This document shows, piece after piece, positions 27,387 through 35,255 of a stretch of 64,000 bases of DNA. Position numbers and translations under genes: made by a program. The DNA lies in assembly GCA_964386635.1 (NCBI GenBank), contig CAYLRO010000003.1, positions 13,345-77,344 of the forward strand, written 5' to 3'. The stretch's first letter is position 1. Each line of letters opens with the position of its first letter. The stretch comes from an uncultured bacterium. Lineage in GTDB: Bacteria > Fermentibacterota > Fermentibacteria > Fermentibacterales > JCC-6. The notes under the pieces are model-generated. The model made no database searches. It saw only the letters and a list, made by a program, of their open reading frames with translations, and was not told the DNA's origin.

Positions 27387-29807
27387 TCAATGTGATACTT
27401 CATGGTTGTACTGCTCTGTTATCTGCCGGTGAAGTCTGATGTTCAGGAAAGAGTTCCTCAACTCAGGGTCATCAATATTGTCGGCTTCCTTCATAAGAGA
27501 GGTGAATGAATCCCTGAGGAGGGTTTTTCTCTTCAGAAGCAATTTCTTCCGATTGGTTGCAGAAGGGATCTCAGCAATTTTCCCGTAGAGTTTTGACAAC
27601 CCAAAAAGTGTTTTAGTGAGATTGTTTACTTCAGGCACAGCGTGATTTTCCACTTCCCTGGCCTGTTCAAGTGCTGCAGCGATGTTCTCAGGTCCGGTTC
27701 CTTCTTCAAGAATAACAGAGGCAAGGTCCAGCCGTGCAGTTACCGTTCTGGTTTCTGCACCGATCCCCTCAAGGCTGGAAACAGCTTCCAGGAGACGTTC
27801 CCTGGCTTCTTCTGTGCTGCCGGAGTTCATGAGGGAATGACCAATAAGGGCAAGATTCTCACCTACTCCCTCAATGTCCTCGATTTCCCTGCTTATGGAC
27901 AGGGCTTCTCTGTAGAGAGGAAGTGCTTCTTCGTGCAATTGTTTCTCGCTGAGTATATCAGCCAGATTTGTCTTCACTATGCTTTCCGTATATCTGTCTC
28001 CGATTTCCACGGCAATCTTCAGAGCATTGCTGTATTGCTCACGGGCTTTTGTGAACTGACCGATATACCTGTGCATGTTGCCGGCACCAACCAGGGTTCT
28101 GCACTGCCCCTGCCTGTTCCCCATTCTGATATTCAGTTCCAGTGCCTTTTCTGTATGCTCCAGTGAAACCTGAAATCTGCCCATGTTTCGAGTGACTATA
28201 CCCAGATTCATGTGCATGTTTGCCTGCCCCCCGGGGTCGCCCAGGCGGTTGAAAAGATTAAGTGAGCTGGTGTAGTACTCCAGTGCACCGGTGTTGTCGC
28301 CCATTGACCAGTGTGTAAGCCCCATGTTGCACAATATATTGGCTTTCAGGTGCCCCATTGCGAACACTCCGGGAACATTCAGCGCTTTCTCCATGTATTC
28401 AAGTGCGCTTTCGTATTTTCCTGTGGTGCAGTCGATAAGGCCCAGATTTGCAAGTGCCTTGGCCTCTTCTGAAAGATCATTGAGTGTTCTGCCAAGCATG
28501 AGACATCGGTGAAAGGCGCTTCTGGCACCCTTGAAGTCGGACTGTCTCCACTTAATGTTTCCCATAGCACTCAGGGCCAGGAGAAGGTTTTTACGGTGGC
28601 AGTTATCTCTGGCTGTTTCATACACCTGGGTGAATTCGTTCTCTGCAAGCTGAAGATTTCCTGAATCACTGTAGGTGTAACCGAGAAGAAGTCTTGCCTG
28701 TATCAGTGCATTGTCCTGTTTCAGAGCCTGTTCAAGCAGAGTTCTTGTTTTCTCAGAGTCCCTGATGTTCTGCCGGTTTTCGTAAAGGTTCTTAGCCTGC
28801 AGGTAGAGGGTGTAGGCTTGTGAAGGACCGGAACTGTCTTCCGGAATACTGGTGCTTAAGGCGGGGTCCACACCCATGATCTTAAGAAGGCTGTCTGCCA
28901 GTTTTCCTTTTATGGAAGGGAGTTCGAACCAGCTGTCAGTCCAATTGTCAGCCCATGCAAGCCTTTTCTGGTGAAGATCGTGCAGCTCAACCGAGAGCTG
29001 GAACATTTCCTCTTTTCTCCACAGTGATCCCCTGACGATGAAGCGCACATTGAGCCTTTCGGCGATTTCCGGTCCGGCATTCACCACCTGTCTGATCTTT
29101 ATTACATCACTGAGAGGGGTTACCACAATCCCTCCTGCAGAAGCCAGATCGGAAACAAGGTCGGAAGTTATTCCGTAGGCATAAAAGTCGTCTCCGCCGT
29201 TCCCCAGGTTCTCCAGAGGAAGCACTGCCACTGAGGGTATCTTCTCTTTCAGTGTAACCACACCGTCTGACACGGCTTTCCCGGCGGAAGTGAAGGGAAG
29301 AGGATGTCTGGATGAGCCCTTCAGATTGTAAAGGTTAACAAGCCTGCCAAGCCCCTTTAGCTTACTCAGTCCCAGGTTATGGGCGGCGGGTTTTCTCCCG
29401 GCCCCGCAGTTCCGGAGAAGTTCGCCTGAAATGCATACTCCACCGGGAGGAGCCAGGTTTTCAAGTCTTGATGCTACATTCACCGTGTCTCCGAGAACAT
29501 CTCCCGGCTGTAGCAGAACATTGCCCCAGTGTATCCCCACACGGAGTCTGAAAGGTTTTTCCGACAGTCTGCTCTGAAGTTCCCCTGCGCAGCGGATTGC
29601 AGACCGGGGCAGGATGAAAGTAGAGAGGGTGCCGTCGCCCATCTCCTTTATAAGTGAACCGTTGTGTTTTTTCAGAAGCGGCGACAGCGTATCCCGGAGG
29701 ATGGAGATCATTCTGAGAGCTTCCTCCTCGTTTTGCTCCATGAAGGAAGTGAATCCCACGATATCGGTGAACATTACAGCAAGTTTTTTTCGAGAATCCG
29801 GGCTCAA
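27387..29807 (-). CDS. Class III adenylate/guanylate cyclase with C-terminal TPR repeats
   Basis: The N-terminal CHD-like domain has motifs such as MFTDIVGFTSFME, EMGDGTLSTF, LRVGIHWGNV and GDTVNVASRLE. The remaining ~500 aa are TPR-like repeats. Confidence 0.8.
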   Translation of the reverse strand: MSPDSRKKLAVMFTDIVGFTSFMEQNEEEALRMISILRDTLSPLLKKHNGSLIKEMGDGTLSTFILPRSAIRCAGELQSRLSEKPFRLRVGIHWGNVLLQPGDVLGDTVNVASRLENLAPPGGVCISGELLRNCGAGRKPAAHNLGLSKLKGLGRLVNLYNLKGSSRHPLPFTSAGKAVSDGVVTLKEKIPSVAVLPLENLGNGGDDFYAYGITSDLVSDLASAGGIVVTPLSDVIKIRQVVNAGPEIAERLNVRFIVRGSLWRKEEMFQLSVELHDLHQKRLAWADNWTDSWFELPSIKGKLADSLLKIMGVDPALSTSIPEDSSGPSQAYTLYLQAKNLYENRQNIRDSEKTRTLLEQALKQDNALIQARLLLGYTYSDSGNLQLAENEFTQVYETARDNCHRKNLLLALSAMGNIKWRQSDFKGARSAFHRCLMLGRTLNDLSEEAKALANLGLIDCTTGKYESALEYMEKALNVPGVFAMGHLKANILCNMGLTHWSMGDNTGALEYYTSSLNLFNRLGDPGGQANMHMNLGIVTRNMGRFQVSLEHTEKALELNIRMGNRQGQCRTLVGAGNMHRYIGQFTKAREQYSNALKIAVEIGDRYTESIVKTNLADILSEKQLHEEALPLYREALSISREIEDIEGVGENLALIGHSLMNSGSTEEARERLLEAVSSLEGIGAETRTVTARLDLASVILEEGTGPENIAAALEQAREVENHAVPEVNNLTKTLFGLSKLYGKIAEIPSATNRKKLLLKRKTLLRDSFTSLMKEADNIDDPELRNSFLNIRLHRQITEQYNHEVSH

Positions 29808-29899
29808 TAAAAATTCCTTATCGGTAAGAGTGAAGTCAGTGCTGAAAGGTAAGATAGTGAAAAGATGAAACCCGGGGAAAAGGGGGGCCTGAGTGTCCT

Positions 29900-29928
29900 T
29901 TGACAGCTAAACACATGTTTACTATTTT
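29900..29928 (+). promoter_or_regulatory. Putative sigma70 promoter (TTGACA-17-TATTTT) with embedded palindrome AAACACATGTTT, a candidate LexA/SOS operator, upstream of the small-ORF/dinB operon
   Basis: TTGACA lies at 29900-29905 and TATTTT at 29923-29928. AAAC-N4-GTTT at 29909-29920 resembles the Cheo-type GAAC-N4-GTTC SOS box. Confidence 0.3.
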
Positions 29929-29952
29929 TGGATTGAAGGAGAGAGGTGAGCC

Positions 29953-30204
29953 TTGCAGGAGCTGGGAGAGAGAATAGAGATGATCTGCCACTTTTCAGGG
30001 GGCAATGTGATCCCGTGCAGGTTTCGCTGGCAGAACAGGGTTTATCATGTTGTGAGAGTCTCATCCTCCTGGGAGAGCAGAAGAGGAACGGTTAAGTTCT
30101 TTCACTTTGTTGTAAGAACCTCTGCAGACGATGTTTACGAGATACACTTCAATACAGAAACTATGGGGTGGATACTGGATTGCGAGTACTCTCATGGAGC
30201 CTGA
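29953..30204 (+). CDS. Small hypothetical protein (74-83 aa) translationally coupled to dinB
   Basis: The start is either TTG at 29953 or ATG at 29980, and both have purine-rich RBSs. The stop TGA overlaps the dinB ATG region by 11 nt. It is a beta-rich sequence (RFRWQNRVYHVVRV...KFFHFVVRTSADDVYEIHF). Confidence 0.45.
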   Translation: MQELGERIEMICHFSGGNVIPCRFRWQNRVYHVVRVSSSWESRRGTVKFFHFVVRTSADDVYEIHFNTETMGWILDCEYSHGA

Positions 30205-31348
30205 CAGAAGGATACTGCATGTGGACATGGATGCTTTCTTTGCTTCTGTAGAGCTTCTGGGCCGGGAGGAACTGAGAGGAAAGCCGGTAATAGTAGGGGG
30301 AGACCCGGGCTTCCGGTCTGTGGTTACATCCTGCACATACCAGGCCAGAAAGTACGGTGTTCATGCAGGCATGCCCATGACCAGGGCCCTGAACCTGGTC
30401 CCTGATGCGGTGGTTCTTTCAGGAAGCTTTGCCCGCTACAGAACATACAGCCACAGGGTTCTCGAGGTTCTCCTGAGTTTTACTCCCAGGATGCACGCAA
30501 CAAGCATTGATGAAGCCTTTCTTGATCTTTCCGGAACAAGAGGTTCCATGCTTGAGAAGGGAAAGAAGATACAGCAGGCAGTGTTCAATGCAACCGACCT
30601 TTGGTGTACAGTGGGATGCGGTCCCAACAGGCTTCTGGCCAAGATGGCTTCCAACCTGTACAAGCCCCGGGGAGTGGGCCTTCTCATGCCGGATGACATG
30701 GTTGATCTTCCTGCAGGAGCCATCTGGGGAATCGGTCCGAAGACAGCAGAGAAACTGAGCATGTATGGAATTGATACCATCGGAAAACTCAGAACCCTGT
30801 CCCGCTCAACAATCAGATCAATACTGGGGGTACACGGAGAAGATCTCTACAGGTACGCAAGGGGGATCGATGACAGACCGGTGAAACTCTTCGGCCACAG
30901 GGAGCCTCCAAAATCCATGGGACACGAGCACACCTTTACCAGGGATGTTTCAGAACCTGCTGAATACATGCCTGCACTGGCCATGGTCTGTCAGAAAACC
31001 GGATGCAGGGCCAGGGAAGGAGGATGGCAGGGCGGTGTGGTAACGCTGAAGTACCGTCTCCGCAACATGAAGAGAATTACCAGAAGAAAGATACTGACTT
31101 CACCTACCAACCAGGACCAGACCATACTGAAAGCAGCAGGTGAGATGGCAGAAACCTGGATAAATGAACCCATCCGTCTCATAGGAGTGTCTATAAGCGA
31201 ACTTGTACCCCTGGAGAACGCCCAGCTCAGTTTTTTCCCTGAAGGAACAACCGCACTTAACAATGTTGCTGACAGGGTGAGGAAAAGATACGGAGACAGG
31301 GCAATGGTCAGCGGAAGAGCTCTGGAATACATACAGGGAAAAGGATGA
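30194..31348 (+). CDS. dinB: DNA polymerase IV (Y-family)
   Basis: The N-terminus is Y-family-like (MEPDRRILHVDMDAFFASVE). Little-finger domain motifs are present. I chose the internal ATG at 30194. The ORF track begins at 30131. Confidence 0.9.
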   Translation: MEPDRRILHVDMDAFFASVELLGREELRGKPVIVGGDPGFRSVVTSCTYQARKYGVHAGMPMTRALNLVPDAVVLSGSFARYRTYSHRVLEVLLSFTPRMHATSIDEAFLDLSGTRGSMLEKGKKIQQAVFNATDLWCTVGCGPNRLLAKMASNLYKPRGVGLLMPDDMVDLPAGAIWGIGPKTAEKLSMYGIDTIGKLRTLSRSTIRSILGVHGEDLYRYARGIDDRPVKLFGHREPPKSMGHEHTFTRDVSEPAEYMPALAMVCQKTGCRAREGGWQGGVVTLKYRLRNMKRITRRKILTSPTNQDQTILKAAGEMAETWINEPIRLIGVSISELVPLENAQLSFFPEGTTALNNVADRVRKRYGDRAMVSGRALEYIQGKG

Positions 31349-32181
31349 CAATGGACCTGTTCAGCTCCCAGGTGCAGAAAAGAGTTCTCCAAGGTGGAGC
31401 CAGGCTTTTTCTGGGAACATCCGGATACAGTTTCCCGGACTGGAAAGGGGTGTTTTATCCCAGGCGCATTGCCGGGAAGGACTGGCTCCGGTATTACGCC
31501 CTGCAGTTCAATTCAGTTGAGATCAACTCCACTTACTACAGGCTGCTCTCTGAAAATGCCACGGCAAAAATGGCGGAATCCGTGCCTGATGGATTCTCTT
31601 TTACTGTGAAGCTGCATTCATCAATGACCCACTCCAGAGATGCAGGAAAAGAAGAGTGGAAGAAGTTTCACAGAATGATCGGGCCATTGAGAAAAACCAG
31701 CAGAATGGGGATGGTCCTTGCCCAGTTCCCATGGTCTTTTCCTCTGGAGGAGAGATCATTCCAGTGGCTTGAGCAGCTGGCCTGCAATCTGAACGGTATC
31801 GATACAGCGATAGAGTTCCGACATGCAAAATGGTACTCCCGTGAAACTCTGGAAAGGGTATGGGAAATGGGATTCGTCCCTGTTTCTCCAGATATGCCCG
31901 GCCTGAAAAATCTGCCTGCTTCAGGCCCGTTGTTTCCTGGAGAGAATATCTACATAAGGCTGCACGGGAGGAATTCTGAGAAGTGGTGGGGGAACACTCA
32001 GGAGAGGTATGACTATCTCTACAATGAGAGTGAGCTGAATTTCTGGGCGGAAAAACTGGGCAGCCTTTCAGAAGAGGTGAAGAACTGCTATGTTTTTTTC
32101 AACAACTGCCACATGGGTAAAGCTGCCCTGAATGCAAAAGACATGGAAAGACTCCTCCAGGGAGTCACGGAGGCTGATTAA
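31345..32181 (+). CDS. DUF72 (YecE-like) family protein
   Basis: The N-terminus LFLGTSGYSFPDWKGVFYP...YYALQFNSVEINSTYYRL is the DUF72 signature. The ATGA overlap with the dinB stop indicates coupling. Confidence 0.8.
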   Translation: MTMDLFSSQVQKRVLQGGARLFLGTSGYSFPDWKGVFYPRRIAGKDWLRYYALQFNSVEINSTYYRLLSENATAKMAESVPDGFSFTVKLHSSMTHSRDAGKEEWKKFHRMIGPLRKTSRMGMVLAQFPWSFPLEERSFQWLEQLACNLNGIDTAIEFRHAKWYSRETLERVWEMGFVPVSPDMPGLKNLPASGPLFPGENIYIRLHGRNSEKWWGNTQERYDYLYNESELNFWAEKLGSLSEEVKNCYVFFNNCHMGKAALNAKDMERLLQGVTEAD

Positions 32182-33116
32182 TGAGAAGAGTACTTTATTC
32201 ATTTCCAATACTGATGTTCCTTGCCGGCTGCGGAGGAACAGGTGTGTCGATCAACAGCGAGTTCCCTGCATTCTATTTTCAGGACATCACCACCGGGGCG
32301 ATTCCAACTTCCTGCTGTTTCCTGGGAGGAAACGGGGATGTCCTTGCAGGAGCAGGCACATCCCTTTATTTCGTTGACAGTGACGACGGCTATGTAAGAG
32401 CCGAGGTTTCCCTGGGGGTCCCGATAACCGATGTGGAAGGCTCACCGGAAGGCGGGTACGGGCTGGCACTTTCAGGAGACATACTTTTCGTTGTATCAAA
32501 TGACATATACACAGTGCATTCTCAGATACCGCTTTCCCATTATGGCAGTTTCATTATTCCCAGGCCGTATTCCACATCGATCTTCGTTCTCTGTGCCGAT
32601 GGTACACTTGTGAAGATAGAAACAGTGGGCTGGACAATTACGAAATCAGGCCAGACAGATGCAACTGATCCAGTGGCAGCAGTTATGGGAACAAGTGGCG
32701 ATTACATCTTTGCAGCAGACAGTGATGGAACGGTTTACAAGATATCAACTTCAGACTTTTCAACAGTTGCACAGACAACTGTTGATGGCGGGGTGAACGG
32801 AATGTGTTCAACACCGCTGGGCGAGGTTTTTGTTTCTCCAGAGGGAGAAAGCCAGGTATGGGCCATCGACTGCGGAACCGGCCAGCACTCCAGGTCATTT
32901 GATCTTCCCGGTGAACCAACTGCTCTTGCCTGTACAGGCAGCGGAAAGTACCTCTATGCAACATTGCCGGAACAGGGGTTTGCAGTGGTGAATGTGGCGG
33001 ACAACACAACTGAAGCGATTATCGGAAGTTACGGAGATCCTTCGGACATGGCAATCAACACACAGACTACCAGAGCCGCTCTCTGCTGTATCGACCTGTA
33101 TATACTGCAGAACTAG
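32181..33116 (+). CDS. Hypothetical lipoprotein (beta-propeller-like repeats)
   Basis: The lipobox is MRRVLYSFPILMFLAGCGG. The rest is a repeated beta-rich sequence. Confidence 0.55.
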   Translation: MRRVLYSFPILMFLAGCGGTGVSINSEFPAFYFQDITTGAIPTSCCFLGGNGDVLAGAGTSLYFVDSDDGYVRAEVSLGVPITDVEGSPEGGYGLALSGDILFVVSNDIYTVHSQIPLSHYGSFIIPRPYSTSIFVLCADGTLVKIETVGWTITKSGQTDATDPVAAVMGTSGDYIFAADSDGTVYKISTSDFSTVAQTTVDGGVNGMCSTPLGEVFVSPEGESQVWAIDCGTGQHSRSFDLPGEPTALACTGSGKYLYATLPEQGFAVVNVADNTTEAIIGSYGDPSDMAINTQTTRAALCCIDLYILQN

Positions 33117-33883
33117 AGGAGAATGCTCAGATAGCCCTGCCAGAGAGATTCGCCGAAGAACAGTGATATCAATGCTCCCAGTGCCATGAACGGGCCGAAG
33201 GGTATGGGAACACTCTTTTTCCTTTTTCGGAACACCATAAGTGCTCCGCCCACCACTGCTCCAGTTATAAAAGCTGCAAAGAAAGCAATCACAGTGTGCC
33301 CCGGTCCCAGAAATGCTCCCGTACACGCTGCCAGTTTCACGTCACCCCAGCCCATACCACCCTGGAACTCGTCCTCTTCATCTTCGAATCCTTCCGGAGC
33401 TTCAGTTCGTATCTTCTGCTGTTTCAGATAGATCGATGCTCCTGTTCGAATAAGAAGGAAGAAGAGAAATCCTCCGGCTGCGCCTATGAGGGAACTGCGA
33501 ATACCGATACCCCCTGGAAGCAGTGAGAGACCGATGCCTGCCACAGCTCCTCCGATGCTCACCTCGTCCAGAACGATGAACTGCTCGGTATCAGTTCTTA
33601 CCACCACAACCATAAGTGAAATCAGAACGGCATAAGTTATGAAAACCAGGGAATAACCTGTGTGCACCGCTGCCAGGAAGAAGAGAACACCTGTAACAAA
33701 CTCTGTTACCGGATAACGGGCTGATATGTGCATCCCGCAGTTCCTGCACCTGCCTCTGAGAAAGAGATAGCTGAGAACAGGGATGTTGTCTTTCGGCTCT
33801 ATTTCCTTTTTGCATCCAGGACATGCACTGGGTGGTGAGATAATGGACTTCCCAAGGGGAACCCGCCAGCTTACTACATTCAA
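33113..33883 (-). CDS. pilD: Prepilin (type IV leader) peptidase, A24 family. The 5' end is probably upstream of the annotated TTG, near 33946.
   Basis: The protein has (F)LNVVSWRVP, then the zinc domain CPGCKKEI...RGRCRNCG, then TM helices with catalytic Asp-containing regions. The conserved TM1 (SIDSIFGIFAGLLGLCIGSF) is encoded in frame at 33884-33946 but no ATG/GTG/TTG precedes it. Confidence 0.75.
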   Translation of the reverse strand: MNVVSWRVPLGKSIISPPSACPGCKKEIEPKDNIPVLSYLFLRGRCRNCGMHISARYPVTEFVTGVLFFLAAVHTGYSLVFITYAVLISLMVVVVRTDTEQFIVLDEVSIGGAVAGIGLSLLPGGIGIRSSLIGAAGGFLFFLLIRTGASIYLKQQKIRTEAPEGFEDEEDEFQGGMGWGDVKLAACTGAFLGPGHTVIAFFAAFITGAVVGGALMVFRKRKKSVPIPFGPFMALGALISLFFGESLWQGYLSILL

Positions 33884-33974
33884 AAAACTGCCGATGCACA
33901 GGCCCAGAAGCCCGGCAAAGATGCCGAAGATACTGTCAATAGATATGTTGCCGACCTGCCGTTTCTGTTAATAC

Positions 33975-34004
33975 TTGCCACTTTCTCTACTCAAAGAGTA
34001 TAAT
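33975..34004 (+). promoter_or_regulatory. Putative sigma70 promoter (TTGCCA-18-TATAAT) for the porin-like gene
   Basis: TTGCCA lies at 33975-33980 and a perfect TATAAT at 33999-34004. The start codon at 34067 has an AAAGGGGTG RBS. Confidence 0.35.
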
Positions 34005-34066
34005 TCCGCTTGACACTGACCGGAAGGTACAGAAACACCGGTCGAAAAACCAAAAGGGGTGTATTA

Positions 34067-35119
34067 ATGAAAAAGGCTATCGCGATTCTTGCAGTTCTTG
34101 CTTGCTTTGCATTTGCAGGTGAAGTGCTCAGTGGCGGTTCCGATATGATCAAATTCAAGGGTTACGCAACTTTCCGCTGGACAATGTTCGGTGAGGAAGA
34201 CTACAACCCTGGTTCAACAATGAGCACCTACAGCTACATCCAGTGGTGCCCCAGGCTCAATGAGTATGTTGACGGAGCAATCTCCGCAACAGTTACAACT
34301 CCAGGTGATGCTGATATCAGGGTTGACTGTGCAAACCTTAACCTCCACTTCACCGAGAACTTCACCCTTACAGGTGGACAGTTCAAGGTTCCCTTCGGTT
34401 ATGCTTACACACGTTCCGGCGGCAGCATGTACTTTGGTGACAGATCTGCTCTCGTTGACGGTAACAATTTTGACGATTTTGACGATTTTGGCGGCAAAGA
34501 CATATCTACAATGCTTACAGCAGAGTTCGCTCCTGTAACTGTTGATCTTGCTCTTTCCAACGGTAATGGTATGAACGCTTCCGCTGACGACCAGGACATG
34601 AACAAGCAGTTCACTGCAAGAGTTGTTGCAGATCCTACAGACTGGCTCGAAATCGGTGGTTCAGTTGCTATGATCGGTTATGCAGATCAGGATTCCACAG
34701 AAGTTTTGGACGAATCCTGGAATGCTACCGGCATGGACTTCTTTGCAGTTGCCAACTATCCTGTATCTCCCACAGGCGACCTTGTGTTTGTGGGCGAGTA
34801 CATGATGCTCGGTGCCCAGGATAATTACGATGATGCGGAAGACGGTTCAAGAATGAGCGTTATGGCCGGATACGATGTTGATCTTGACGGCGACGTTTTT
34901 CTTGCCATCATGCCTGCACTTCGTTACGACATGGTTACACCTATTGATGTTACCGGCGAAGCAGTGGACAATGGCATCAGCCGTATCGACTTCTGCCTGA
35001 ACATTGATCTCTTCAGCCAGTACAACACACTTCAGATCGGTGCCCGTAACTACGGCTCCGAGAATGAGAATGTTGATGGACATACTGACATGTATGCCAA
35101 CTGGAGAATGAACTTCTAA
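34067..35119 (+). CDS. Outer-membrane beta-barrel porin-like protein
   Basis: The signal peptide is MKKAIAILAVLACFAFAGEV. Amphipathic beta-strand segments alternate through the sequence, and the C-terminus ends in Phe (...ANWRMNF). The ORF track's 34010 start precedes the RBS and signal peptide. Confidence 0.6.
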   Translation: MKKAIAILAVLACFAFAGEVLSGGSDMIKFKGYATFRWTMFGEEDYNPGSTMSTYSYIQWCPRLNEYVDGAISATVTTPGDADIRVDCANLNLHFTENFTLTGGQFKVPFGYAYTRSGGSMYFGDRSALVDGNNFDDFDDFGGKDISTMLTAEFAPVTVDLALSNGNGMNASADDQDMNKQFTARVVADPTDWLEIGGSVAMIGYADQDSTEVLDESWNATGMDFFAVANYPVSPTGDLVFVGEYMMLGAQDNYDDAEDGSRMSVMAGYDVDLDGDVFLAIMPALRYDMVTPIDVTGEAVDNGISRIDFCLNIDLFSQYNTLQIGARNYGSENENVDGHTDMYANWRMNF

Positions 35120-35138
35120 AGAAGTTATTCAATAAAAC

Positions 35139-35172
35139 AGCCGGCCTCCTTCACAGGGGGCCGGTTTTTTTG
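35139..35172 (+). terminator. Intrinsic terminator after the porin gene
   Basis: The stem AGCCGGCC...GGCCGGTT is followed by a T7 run (35165-35171). Confidence 0.55.
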
Positions 35173-35255
35173 TGGCTCCAGTTTCCCCGTTTCCTTATTC
35201 TGCTTATAATGTCTCTGTATACGCAGATACTTATTTTTTATCAGGGAGGGATGAT

